In this document: piece after piece, positions 1-16,549 of the stretch
Layout of the letters: every line of letters starts with the position of its first letter
How positions within the stretch are numbered: the stretch's first letter is position 1
Assembly: GCA_043228905.1 (NCBI GenBank)
Contig: JBHGNT010000021.1
Location: 3,038,001 to 3,102,000 of the forward strand
Reading direction: 5' to 3'
Origin: Azolla caroliniana
Lineage: Eukaryota > Plantae > Polypodiophyta
Length of the DNA: 64,000 nucleotides
Notes under the pieces: generated by a model
Told to the model about the DNA's origin: nothing
The model's input: only the letters and a program-made list of their open reading frames with translations
Database searches by the model: none
Program-made: the position numbers and the translations under genes

Positions 1-220
1 TACTGGGTTAATGTACCACAGTATGGATTTTTGACTACATATGTTGTCTCTTTTAATGTCAGCGTATATAGACAAGTATGCAGGAGTCTAAATGTATATA
101 TCACATCAGTAAACTGATTTCTGGCGTAAAAAGTGTATAAAAGTACATATGCTTGTGTGTTTAAATTTGTATAGAAGACATATCTAAGTTCTATTGTCGT
201 TTTGTTTTTATCTCTTACAG

Positions 221-919
221 TGGATACCAGAACTAAGGCATTATGCTCCTAACGTGCCCATTATATTAGTTGGCACAAAATTGGGTACGTCTTTTCTGCA
301 GAATTGATTTTTGGAAAAGCTTGTTTAGTTGCAATTCAAATCTCATGATTATCTTGTTGGCATCATATATCTTGTAGATCTCCGAGATGACAAGCAATTT
401 TTAACCAGTCATGCAGGTGCTGTACCTATTACTACAGCTCAGGTAAGTCTGTTAGATTGTAATTGGAAGACAAACAAATGGCTTATGTCATGATATATTG
501 ATCAGATAATGGCAGGATTGGATAAGAATTCCTCATTGCAATGCTTGTATGAGTTTCATATAACTTTCTAATGAACAGGGTGAAGAGTTGTGCCGGCTGA
601 TTGGTGCCTCTGCATATGTGGAATGCAGTTCCAAAACTCAACAGGTAAACAATATTACCAATCTTTTATTCTTAATAACGACCTTCTCTCCAGGTAGTTA
701 TCATTTTTTAAGAACAATAACTTCAGTCTTGTGTGCTAGCTAATATAAATCTCTACAGTTGGTTGTCATTGCCTAAGAAGAATATATTGGCAATCGTAAT
801 TGGTGTTCTGTGTGTTTCAGAATGTAAAAGCAGTGTTTGATTCAGCTGTTAGAGTTGTGTTACAACCTCCGAAGCAACGCAAGGCGAAGAAGAAATCCAA
901 GAGTTGCTCAATTCTATGA
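221..919 (+). CDS. ROP: ROP/RAC (Rho of plants) small GTPase, last four exons; 5' part lies outside the window
   Basis: Exons 221-284, 378-442, 579-644, 821-919 with GT-AG give [97 protein letters not shown]. Polybasic tail plus CaaL prenylation motif (type I ROP). Confidence 0.96.
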
Positions 920-2512
920 AGAGAAGTCAAAGAATTGCAACAATTCGGCGAACTGGAAGAAGACATCGGAGAATTGTACAATTCTGTGAATTATCAGATG
1001 ATTTTGAAATTGAAGGGCTAATGGTTTTGGTAGAATTGAATGATATGTAAATATATTTCCGATATATGTCATGTTAGTTTGTGGGCAAGGTTCTCTCGTA
1101 CATGATATGTTAACAAGATATAATGTATTTTTTGGCATTCTAGACAACCGTGTACCTTGTTTACATTCTGATTTGTCTTTGCTTGTTTGGCTCTTGTTGG
1201 TTTCAAGACATTTGTTTCCTTGAGTTACCGAATCATCTGAATTTCTGAATCTTCAAATTTGTGTATTGGTTAATATTGATAAGTTTAGGTTACTACCACA
1301 GCATGGCAGAAAGACAAGAAAAGTCTTCGGAATCTGACATAAAAGTACATTTTTTGACTGCAGGTTTCTTTAAAAAACCAGTTGTAGTTGTAGGAAACAA
1401 CGCATGTGACTTTTTTTAGATAAGTGTTCAAGTAATGATAAGTACACAGTAATGTAGTAAACAAATCAAGAGTTAACTTGTACAGTCATCAAAGAGTACA
1501 GCATCCTGGAATTTTGAACAAACTTCTATTATGAAATGAAGCTTTAAACAAAGGATACAAGTAACAGTCCAATCATCAATCAAAGCATGTTTTCAATTAC
1601 ATGCTTTGATCATTTGATGTATCAGTTACACATAGTTGAAAACATAAACTGTCTTAGGAGACAGACATTCACTTAGTGCCATTGAATGGAAGGAGAAATG
1701 GAGCAGCTCAATGCTTACAACTGGTCTATATACCGAATGCATACAAATCAGGACTGTATATATACATCTACAATTGACCATATTTCGCCAATACTACTAT
1801 TTGAGATTATTTTTGTAAAACTTCCTCTAGGACAGCTAGAATGAAGACATGTGCTTCCCTTCACAACATCACAACCATCAAATATTTGCAACCTTGCATT
1901 GCTCATTAATGTTTGACCTTGGCGGTAAACACCAGAAGCATATTCATTCATGCTAGGAGCAATAATTCATCTAATCTGAATGAACAGGGTTGTGGGATTA
2001 AAGAATGTTTTACTACACTGAATCGAATTAGAATAGATGGATTATCATCTATGAGGAGCCCTAGAATGACCTGTGTTAACTGTATCAACATATCACCTTG
2101 AATCTGATTCCTGCTGAAATCTTTTAAGTAAAAGCTCTCTATGTGAAAACAATGCATGCATACATGTGCTCACCTTTCTTAGACGAGATTTACAGTATCG
2201 TGAATTACCTGATACAACTGCAGGTATATGCATCCATCCATCCTATCATGCATGGAAAAGACAAGTAAAATGTGCACATTCCTCGTGTTCCCTGCTACAT
2301 TTAGGGTTTAGATGTTGAAATGCACAGTTACTACTTTTCGGTTGGGAAAGGAGTGCAATGTGCAAATTTGACTGCTAAATCAAGAGTTAGGGTTTTAAAG
2401 GTGTCAATTTAGGGTTAAATGCGCCATTTTAAGTTTCTAATTTTTTGGTTTTAGGGTTCAGTGTTTGATATTAACGGTTTTGATCGTTTGTAGGCGCCTA
2501 GGCAGGCAGACT

Positions 2513-2869
2513 TTAGGATTGTGCTGCCAATTCAAGGTCGCTGCCATTGTTGGTGGAGGAGGCACGGAGACGGCTCCATACAGCCGTGCAGGCGACACGA
2601 CGGACGGCAGATACCCACAGAGGATTGAATGCACCGTCATATCTCTTCTTCTCCTCCACGACGGCATGATTCCATGGCTGCTGGTGATGAGGGTAACTAT
2701 CCTCGAACCTCCCTTCGCTGCGAGGCCAGGCCGAGTGATGGTAGACAGGGTAGCCACCGGGCTTACTGAAGCTCACCGATTCGGACTTGGTATCGAAGCC
2801 TAAGGTCGTGAGATACTCCAATACACGGGCGGGCGGGGGGGGAGAAGGAATGGCAGCGTTGGGTTCCAT
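2513..2869 (-). CDS. Hypothetical 118-aa protein (orphan ORF in a GC-rich island)
   Basis: ATG-initiated GC-rich ORF (MEPNAAIPSPPPPARVLEYLTTLGF...). Preceded by a 5'UTR-like CT-rich tract and an (AGACGC)n repeat; followed by telo-box-like AACCCTAA motifs and splice-like signals near 2174-2219. No family recognised. Confidence 0.4.
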   Translation of the reverse strand: MEPNAAIPSPPPPARVLEYLTTLGFDTKSESVSFSKPGGYPVYHHSAWPRSEGRFEDSYPHHQQPWNHAVVEEKKRYDGAFNPLWVSAVRRVACTAVWSRLRASSTNNGSDLELAAQS

Positions 2870-2873
2870 ACTC

Positions 2874-2928
2874 AGTCTGCGTCTGCGTCTGCGTCTGCGT
2901 CTATCTGTGTCTGTGTCTGCGTCTGCGT
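2874..2928. repeat. Imperfect hexanucleotide microsatellite (GCGTCT/GTGTCT)n
   Basis: gtctgcgtctgcgtct...gtgtctgtgtctgcgtctgcgtc immediately upstream of the 2869 ATG. Confidence 0.85.
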
Positions 2929-4740
2929 CAACAAAACCCTAAAACGAGAGAAAGAAGAATGAAGAAGATGAAGAAGAGTGGTGGCCTCATCCCTTAAGAG
3001 GTGCGTCTCTTGGTCCAAATTAAGAACACACTCACTATCTTTCTCTAATGGGAAACCTCTTGCGCAAGGCACACACATATTTTGCATTGCCTACTCACAA
3101 TGTCTTGGCTCCCACTCTCGTGGTTCCGCTCCACATTTCTGCTAGCCCTCGAATGAATGTCTCGTGCCATGCCATGCCATGCCATCCATACATCCATCCA
3201 TCCATCCGAAGAAGAATCGTTGGGTCAAATATGTTGTATAGATTGCGTATATCATAGATACATGGTATTCTTATAGATGAATCTTCAATCCAATGCACAA
3301 ACATGAATGTTAGGTGTGTTGTTGTAGTGGTGGTGCTCTCAAACACGGAGATGTTTCATTTTATAGATGCAATTACATAGTCAATCGAACTTTTCATCCA
3401 TTCCCACTATTGATTTGTGAGTTGGTAGTGATTGTGACCCTATTGTTGGTTGTCATATTGTATCCAAAATATGGCGGAAACCATAACCATGCTTGGACAC
3501 ATGGGAGTTAATCTCTAGCACATTTGTTTGAGTGACACTTCTATGGCAACTCTTATAATTTGTGGCTCTTGATTTGTGTGAGTTACATTTTTGAGGATAC
3601 CCCACTAGAAAATCAGTGGGGTCAAGACTACCTACAATGTTCAAAATGAGGCTGCGTACCATCCTAAATGCTAGTATGCCATGTTATATACATTTAGACC
3701 AGTAATTTTAGAAAGCCAAGATGTCCATTGAGATCATGTATAACGTGGCAGTGCTTCCAATGAAATAGGTGTTGCTAAGTTTCGACATGGTAGCAAATGT
3801 GGTGTGTTTATTTGTTAACATGGAAAATATAGACAATTACAATAACAATTACATAGACGGTCACCTTGGTGTTATTGTTGATTTATACATTTAGGCTTGA
3901 TACTACAGTGTACTTGTACAATCTAGGCACTTAAAAGATACCCCTAAATATTAGATGGCCATTGCCAGCCAATGAATTTAGCACAGTAATGAGCTGATAA
4001 AAAATCAAATAACACACTTCTAATGCGTGCACCACCACAAAATATTCATATATCTGGTTTTCATAATGACATGGTTGAAAAAGCCTGCACAACACATACT
4101 CTTTGTTGAGCTCTCCGCTGCCAAATCAATCCTTCAGGGGTGGTGTGGGGATATATCTGATTTTCATAAGACCGCTCTAAATCTGTGACACTCGGGTAAC
4201 ACGTGAACAATATTCTTTCTAAGATATAGGAATTATAAATGGTAATCACACACATACACTTACTAATATTTAGAATGTCTTTCATTAATGGCCAAGCTTG
4301 TCAAGCTATGCTCCATTTTACAGACCCTCATAATAATGATGAAGCTTTCCACATTTTGATTATGAACTTCATTAATCTCACATACACATTTGGCTTTAGC
4401 ACCATTAAGCCTTTAAGGCCACCATTAGAGATTGGTCCAATATGTGTGCGCAAAGTTTTTAACATCAAGTGACAATTGTATAATTAGTATGAACAAGCTT
4501 GTGTGATTGTAAATATGCAAAACATTGTATCCACCAGAAAAGACATCTAGCATGAATTACGAGTTTTTATACATCTAGAACTTTTCTGTTACCTCTTCTT
4601 CGATGCAAATCTTCATATATACATTTTGTTAAGATTTTTGTGCAGATGACGATAGCAGAAAATGAAGAACGTGAAAAGTTGATCCCAGAAAAGCAAAAAG
4701 GTTTTGAGTTATGTAACTAATTGACTAAGTAAAACTGAAG

Positions 4741-5872
4741 TCATCCACTTTCTTGCACGGCCCGATCTATTGTTTCGATGTTGTCCCGTAGCGTCTCCCA
4801 CTACCAAATGTAAAAGAAATGCCAAATTTAAAAGAAACTTTTTTCTAATTAAAAGATTGTTATATTGATTTCTATATGTATACCTGATCCAATGCGAGCG
4901 AAATTCCTGATGTCAGTATTGATGTTATATACATCAGTCAGTAACAAGATAAGCATATCTTCCAAACATGTGTATAAACAAGAAAAATGTTCATCAAAAG
5001 ACAAAACCTTTCTTCCCTGGCATGTCCTTCCCATCTTTTGTATAGAATTCTCTTATGTCCACATAAATCTTGCCTTTGAAATTCCGGACTGAGACCTTGC
5101 GATTATTTGACAGCTGGTAGAACAAACAAGAGAATACTTCAGTCCATGTATGCCAAGATGCCAGATGCTAAGGTCATATGGATCACAATTATAAAACCTA
5201 TGGTTTACTATCCATATTACATTTTGGTTTCAATGCACTCAGAACTAAAACAGGAAAGTTTTAACCAATTATCTCATAGATGGCAAGACAGAAACCACAT
5301 CTGACATCCAAAGTCTGGATGAAACGTTTCCATATATGAGAAACCAATATAGAAGAATGATATATATCTCCATTACCTACCATGATCATACTCCATGCAG
5401 AGAGATTATTATATGAGAGAAGCCAAATAATTTCTATTACCAAGAGAATGACAAATATATGAGTGAGGCCAAATTATACTACAACATATATCCTGAATTG
5501 ATATTCACATCGATAACGATGGATACGCACATCCTACAATGTATATGCTTCCTATAGTACTAAATTTCATGTGTGCTAGACTCTTGTTTGCATAACTCTA
5601 TGGGTCTTTTTGAAAATTTTCATTGTACATTCTCTCAATTTGGAGATTTTATAATATCTCATAGTCTACGTTCCATTCTCCATCGACACCAACTTCAACC
5701 ACATCCAGTCTATTTCATACACCTCTGGGGTGCTTTGATGGGGATAAAGATGCTGACTATCTCAGTGTCTGGGATCAGCTGAACTTGGTTTCTCTTCCCA
5801 AGAGGAGTCTTTACAATGGCATTACGCCTCCCCTCCTTGTCTGTGTTTATACATTACATGTAAATGTGTGCC

Positions 5873-5940
<68 letters not shown>

Positions 5941-6250
5941 GCAAACACATACAAATACATCTGCTTGTTAATTTACTTGTAAATACACATGCGGATGATG
6001 TAGATGGCGTAAGAATACCCATATGTGTAGCCCTTGAATGATTATGTATGATAAAAGCCAAAGTGAGCCACTTATGCTATATCTCTGTTTGTTCTGGAGT
6101 AAGTGGACCATGACATACCTCACAGACAGTGATACCATCCACATCATCTTTCTCTGTTCTAGCCACTTTCCTTGCAGGTTTCTCCGCTTGGTCATCAGAT
6201 CCATCATCAATGAATTTGTCCTTGGGTCGAGACTTGCCCCACCTAGACAT
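4741..6250 (-). CDS. KIWI: RNA polymerase II transcriptional coactivator KIWI (PC4/SUB1 family), 106 aa
   Basis: Exons 6250-6119, 5113-5008, 4906-4884 (23 nt), 4800-4741 splice GT-AG in phase to MSRWGKSRPKDKFIDDGSDDQAEKPARKVARTEKDDVDGITVCELSNNRKVSVRNFKGKIYVDIREFYTKDGKDMPGKKGISLALDQWETLRDNIETIDRAVQESG*. Matches the PC4 signature VDIREFY..DG...PGKKGISL..DQW. Confidence 0.94.
5876..5938. repeat. (CA)n microsatellite, about 31 units, in the first coding-region intron of KIWI
   Basis: Uninterrupted acacac... run. Confidence 0.97.
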
Positions 6251-8019
6251 GGAAACCTACAAAACGAGGTCCTTCTAAGGAGCAGATGACAGGAACAGAG
6301 TATCCAGAGAAATGAAAGCTTGAACCTCTTTCACTCTCTCTTGGTTTTATGTCTTCCATTTGCTTCTTCTTTAGTCCCACATTTTCCCTTTACTGTCTAA
6401 TAAAGTTAAAAATGTTTCACACCATCTCTTACGGCAGTGGAAACTCGATGTATATCGACAACAGCACTCAGAAGATGGATTTACTACAATACTAGACTAT
6501 CACATTGTTTGCTTTGTCAATAATTGCAGTATTTGCAGTTGCTTAATGTATAATACCTGGATCGATTATGGCCAAGTTCACAAAACGAGACGAGTGTCTT
6601 TCTCATGATAGATCAGACAAAATACACCTTGGTTAAAGCCAAATATACACCTTTCCATGATAGACAAACCTAGGTTAAAGTCCAATATGGTTTAGGAAGG
6701 AAACAAAAATGCAATTGTGATCATTCCACATGTGTGCCCTTCACGATGGCTACATAAAGCCAACTATTTGGATGTACCCAAAGCATTCCGTTCCACCAAC
6801 ACAAAATGTATAAAGAAAGTGTGATAAATTTAACCCAAATTCTTTAGGTATTCAAGACCATGTAATTTCCCTCTTCCCCAATATAATTTGGTGCAGAAGT
6901 TATCTACTTGTTTTGCTGAACATACATGTCCCTGTCAACAAAATGCATATTGCTCCCAAAGCAAAGTAGGTCATCTGAATACTTGCGAACATGGATTTTT
7001 ATTAACTATCTACCTGATTTCTAAGTAATTATGTTCAGTAAGCTGCTTATCTCATCATCATGAGTGTTTTATGCGTGCTTGTCTTGAGAGAAGAGGGGAA
7101 AGGGAAGTTCTTCAAGTAAAAAGAGATGATTTGATCCCCATTTGCAATAGACGCTCCTGTGTTTTACAATAGAGCGTAGAGAGAGAGAGAGAGCTAATTC
7201 CATGTGTTGATGGCTTATAAAATACACTAATGCCAAATATAACGGCAATAAATTGGAGTAAAGAAGTGGACAAGTACATGAGGTGTGCCACACGAATGAT
7301 GAATAATGAAGCAAAAGAAAGTAGGCAGATATCAGCCCTTAATAGATATGCTGCAAAAGAATCACTTCATAATGGGAGAACACAAATAGAAAACTTGGGT
7401 AATTATAACTTCAGCAATGGTGATAAGCCGTAACAAAGTTATTGATGACAACAAGAGTATTGCACCTCAATGTGTTGATTGCATGACTGTATTGCCAGTA
7501 ATAGCAAAGACAGATTGCAACACATTGATATTAATTATGGAGAGCTGGGCTCACCCAATAAATGTCCTAACCAAACATATTAACACATCCTTCTGTTGTT
7601 CCAAAAAACACGCACAACTCCTATAGTCACCTTCCAAGGACTACAATGCAAGCTTATCAACTCCTATAATAGCTAGCTCATAGGAATGCTCTACATGCTA
7701 GAAAACCCACAACATGTCATAAAACTGTTGTCAAACTCGTCAACTTCAGTTCATTGCAGAATAATTTCCAATGTTCTGGCACCAAATCATTGCAGTACAA
7801 TGGAGCTACATGGTCAATGACATCTTATACATTATAGGTAGATATCAGAAGATGACAGTATTTCGGCCAAGGCCACTTTCACATGCCAAAAATAGAACAT
7901 ATCTATTTTCCTCGTGTATGCCATATGAGGGCATACATCAAAGGAGCCAACCAAAAGTTTTTTTAGCAACCGGTTACGACTATGTTTTCTATTGCTTCAG
8001 GACATCTGACCATTCAAAA

Positions 8020-11757
<3,738 letters not shown>

Positions 11758-11884
11758 TTATCATCTGTCTACTCTCTCTGTTTTAGATTACATACATACA
11801 CATAAGTTCATAACTATTAACCAACAAAAGATAAGGCGAGGGGGGCTTCTCACTTGCTCTAGGGGAGAGACACTCCAAATAATA

Positions 11885-11979
11885 AAACCCTAACCCTAAC
11901 AATGAGAAGAACCCTAACCCTAACAATGAGAAGAACCCTAACCCTAACAATGAGAAGAACCCTAACCCTAAACCCTAAA
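11885..11979. repeat. 24-bp tandem repeat x3.5 with telomere/telo-box-like CCCTAA units, upstream of DAPDC
   Basis: aaccctaaccctaacaatgagaag x3, then aaccctaaccctaaaccctaaa. Confidence 0.9.
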
Positions 11980-12242
11980 ACCACCACCATGAGAAGGAGG
12001 AGGATAAACTCTTCTTTTACACATTTCTCGTGACTTGCGTCCAAATGGCTATGCTCCCATCGGACATATTATGTATTAACCTCCCAATTGCCTACCACAC
12101 CCTCGCATCGCCAATCGTGATGTGTTTATGTCGGCAATATCAAATGTATGCGCCCAAAACACGTTGGGTATTTATAATTATCGATGCAACGGGTTGGAGG
12201 ATCACCTTTTTCTGTGTACCCCGCCTGATCTGCTTCCTATCT

Positions 12243-12360
12243 GTTACGAGCATGACCATATATATATCTCGTGGTAAGTTGTACCGTAGTATTCTACACG
12301 CGTGGATAAAGTACTACGGTGCAACTTAACCACGGGTTATTATATGGTCATGCCCGTAAC
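12243..12360. repeat. 118-bp near-perfect palindrome/foldback (MITE relic or hairpin RNA candidate)
   Basis: gttacgagcatgaccatata pairs with tatatggtcatgcccgtaac; cgtggtaagttgtaccgtagta pairs with tactacggtgcaacttaaccacg; centre acgcgt. Confidence 0.85.
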
Positions 12361-12643
12361 GCTATCGGTAACATCCACCATATTACGTGCTCAACACCTT
12401 TCATCCCACATTTGCGTGTGTGAGCAAGCAAGCATACCAAGGTGAATTGTAGATCATACTTTGGCGATGTTAATCCTAGGTTTGTGTGAACCATGGCATC
12501 AAAAAAGGCCAACCGTTTATATTTCCGTCATATCATACTTGGAAAGTGTGCCATGCCAAAGCAACCTTCGGTGTTGTCATTGAGTATCAACAACTACCAA
12601 CAACAATTGCTTGTTCGATTGTCCGAGAGAGTAAAAACCATCA

Positions 12644-12827
12644 ATGTTTGTTGACTAATATTGGTGGAGCAAAAGTTAGTGCATAAAATTGGCAGGAGAT
12701 GTCCAATCCGTGGGGTTCATTTATCAAATAGAGTAAACATGTGTCATACAGTTGCACCCGTACGATGTTTGTTTACTAATATTGGTGGAGCAAAAGTTAG
12801 AGCATGAAATTGGTAGGATATGTCCAA
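12644..12827. repeat. Direct repeat, about 62 bp x2 at about 122-bp spacing
   Basis: atgtttgttgactaatattggtggagcaaaagttagtgcataaaattggcaggagatgtccaa and a near copy at about 12765. Confidence 0.85.
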
Positions 12828-13924
12828 CCCTTTGGGATGCGTGAAGCTATACTTACAAACATAATGCTTATGATTGATAATATATTGACGTTTTTTAGAA
12901 CTTGGCTTCTATATTACGAGAATGACATTTGCAACTAAAAAGAAAACATTTATAACTGCATGTGGGACCCATAACATACAACATCTCAGTGAGTGTTAGC
13001 GGGTTATGCTATTCCAAAATAACTCAAACCTTATGTGAACTAGCCATATAGAGAAATGTCAAGCCAAAATAGTATGGCTATATTGAACACAAGATTCAAG
13101 GGCATTGAAAAGGTGATGGCCATCCAATTACCAATATCCATGACACAAAATCGTCAAGTTTACTTAGCTCAACACCATCTAAGTGTTTAAGGGCACTACA
13201 TAAATAATGGTTAAACAATGAGATCACAAGACACGACTAATGTCAATCCAAAACGTTGCAGTGATATGACACACGTGGCATATATAGGTAAAGCAATGAG
13301 GTTGCATAAATGCACCTAGGGGTATGTGGTGCGTTCATGTAAGAAATAAGTGCAGGTGTGAACCAAGACATTGACAGAGCGACCATTAGTGCAAATAGTA
13401 GGTGCATCGCCATCAAATTTGAGAATCGTTCAATTATCCTACGAGTTTGTTGTTGCCACATCGGAGGTTTGTATGTATAAGTTCAATGTGGAAGGAATTG
13501 GTCGAGAGAATCAATGTTGAAGATACATAGAAAATTTTATGAAGGAAGGGAAAGAAAAATAAAAGAGCCTAAATTTGGCTTTAGAGCCCAAAAAGGGCAT
13601 TTACAAAACATTTTGTTGTTTTCATTTAGGGAAAAATAAATAATGTATGTATTTTGCATTAAAATGAAAAGAAACAAAGAGGGCCCCAACAAAACGCGCA
13701 TGAAATAGCAAAAGGGCACCCAAATCTGCATTAAAAATAGACTCAATTTTTGCTCCTCAAAAGCAAAAAAGGTGGAGAAGAGGAGGAGGAAGAAGAAGAA
13801 GGCGACTAAATTTGCATGCTTATTTATTGTCACATTTTTAACTTTAGGACTCAAGAAGAGACATATAGAAGAGAAGATAAGAGACACATAGAAGAGATGA
13901 ACGCATTCATTCTCCACGAGAGCG

Positions 13925-13957
<33 letters not shown>

Positions 13958-14372
13958 CTATACCTTCTTTTGTAACAGGTAAAAAACATACAATTGCTTT
14001 GGTTGTATGCATGTGTGCATATATGCATGTATTCTTGGCGATCATGATTATATGTTTCTCCTCCTTGTTCATGCATATAGGCTTAGGTTTGTCTAGAATT
14101 TGTATGTACATACCATCCATCCAATTTGTATGTGTGTATGTTGGAGAGACTTAGATCGTGTCTCTATGTATGGACCATATCTTAACTACACATGTACTCG
14201 TGTTATTTATGTTGTAGACTAGATTGATGGTTATTTATAACTACACATCTCTTAATTGCCTATACACACATGTTTTAAGGATTGCCTTTTTATTTGGCAA
14301 ATTTTATTAGTAGGGTTTAGATCAACATCTCTTACATTTGTTGCACGCTAAGAAGGGTGTCGCCCGAGGAGA

Positions 14373-16549
14373 ATGCCTCTCTATGGAGGCGTATTGCACA
14401 CCGTGCTTGGTGTCGTAGGTGAGATTTATAGACATTTAAGTTCTTATTCGTAATTATGTAATGGTTGGAGTTTTTACCTAATTGTTGCAAATTTTGTTTC
14501 TTAACATTAATTGATTATTTGTCTAACTTCTCTCGCGATCTTTCATAGGGAATGTCGTTACGACTGGGTTTTTCTTAGTATCCTCTATGTAAGCCTCCAC
14601 GTCAAGCTCAACATACAAAAATATGTGTGTGTTTGTATGCATACATATATGTATGTATATACACACACAATACATTTTAAACGATGTTATGTTGTCTTCA
14701 TGTTCACAAGAATGGAAGTACATTCGAACACTTTTGATTTGCTAGATCTAACAACATTTATTTAAATGTTTATTGTACAGTCAAAGGATATATGAGATGT
14801 TGAAGAAGAAATCATTGCAAAGTGAATCACGGTCATGTAATCTCTATCTCTTCATGCTTTTCAATTGCATGCTTTGGACATTTTACGGGCTGCCCTTCAA
14901 TCGTCCGCACAACTTTTGGGTCATCTTAACAAACTCCATAGGTTGTGCATTCTCTTTGGCAACAATAATAGCTTATCTTTGCTATGCGTCTAAAAGGACC
15001 AAGGTAACATCCCCTTTTAACAATATGCCCTGAAAGAGAAATATTGAATCAAAATTTACTAATGATTATTGCATATATTAAGACAATGATATGCAAAAAC
15101 CTTGTTTTAGAATGTTACATGACTACGTTAATCAAATTGAATCTCAATTAACATTGTATTGAACACACTTATTCAACTCAAAACATCAAGGCATTCAAAT
15201 GTTTAATCTTGCAGGTGATCATATTATGGGAACTTCATGTATTTCTATTCCTTTTTCTCATTATGGTCGTCACACTTCTATTTGTAAATAAGAGCCACGA
15301 AAGAAGAGTTCTTGTCATAGGTTCCATATCAGCAATTTTTAGCAGTTTCATGCACCTGACACTTTTATCCGAGTTGGTGAGTTTTGCACAATGAGTTTAT
15401 TTTTATGACTATTTCCCATTGAAAAATGTGATTTCACCCCAAGGTCTTACGTTGATGTCTTATTGGTCAGACTATTGCATGGAAAAACTATGACGTTAAA
15501 TTTTTGCATCCTCTCTTATCTATCTTAGCATTCTTAAAGGGAGCCTTGTGGACAACTTATGGATGGAATTCTAGTGATTGGTTTATCTTGGTAAGCATTT
15601 TTGTATCTAGTCTTCTCTTCAAATTTTATTTAATATCATTGTGCGCCCATGGAAATGGAAGAGTTGTTGATTTTACATGGCATGATAATCAAAAGAAAAG
15701 TCTTCACTTTTATTCAATCTAGAATATGATTAGTTGCATTGACAAATTTAAGGGTTGAGTTTATATTACCATCAAATTCACAAATTCACAACACATTTTA
15801 ACATGAAATTAGTGGTACTTAGGTGAATACTCATGTTTTGTATGATTTCTTAGGTACATGACATATAAAATCCATGACAATATGAGGTTATCAACAATCC
15901 AACCACCATAAGATAACAAAATGTCGTATTGAAAACTTTGTGAAGATTGGCTTGGTCATCTTCCTCTTATATTGCCTTCTTAATCTAAAGGTATATTTGC
16001 AATTCATAAGACACATTTTCAATGGTTATCAACTTATCGAACAATACAAATTGTCTTAAATTAGATATCCCTCATTGAGCCTCATTAGGGTGAGGAGTTT
16101 GAAGGTGAGAGACAACATGTAGTTTAAATCATGGCAATTCAATGAAGATACCATTAAATTTCGTTGTTAGTGCAAGTTTTAAAGCATTTAGATTTCATGT
16201 GCTTTAATATATAAGACGGAAGAAGGTAAATTGAAAGGGGAAAAAAACAATGTTTTTATTACTCTGTGTCGCATGCAATTCCATATGCGATTAGGGATAC
16301 TAGTTTTAAACGTTGTCTGGTGATTTTCAGATACCCAATGCAATCGGTGTAATTATTGGCATCATACAATTTTTCACCTCTATGATCATTCAATTCAATT
16401 TACATAATGGAAGGTCTTCAACATTGCGAGAGGATGCACACTCTTCCGTGTCAATGAATTCTAGTTCCACTGACAGGTTTTGCAATTATAATTCTGGAGA
16501 GGTCCTTTACGAAGCCAAGCCATATTCAAAATATCCAATATTAATATAA
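14373..16549 (+). CDS. SWEET: SWEET (MtN3/saliva) sugar transporter, highly divergent
   Basis: Canonical six-exon layout 14373-14418, 14549-14588, 14781-15003, 15215-15376, 15471-15590, 16331-16549. Motifs VLGVVGN, KKKS, NCMLWTFYGLP, LTNSIG, ALWTTYG, IPNAIG..IGIIQ; seven hydrophobic segments. Confidence 0.9.

Noticed and set aside
2299-2460. TTAGGG/TTTAGGG motifs as an interstitial telomere
   Set aside because: Isolated single units, consistent with telo-box motifs rather than a tandem telomeric array.
13537-14120. 179-aa and 89-aa minus-strand ORFs
   Set aside because: Translations of AAG microsatellites and A-rich sequence (poly-F/poly-S); no domain or splice structure.
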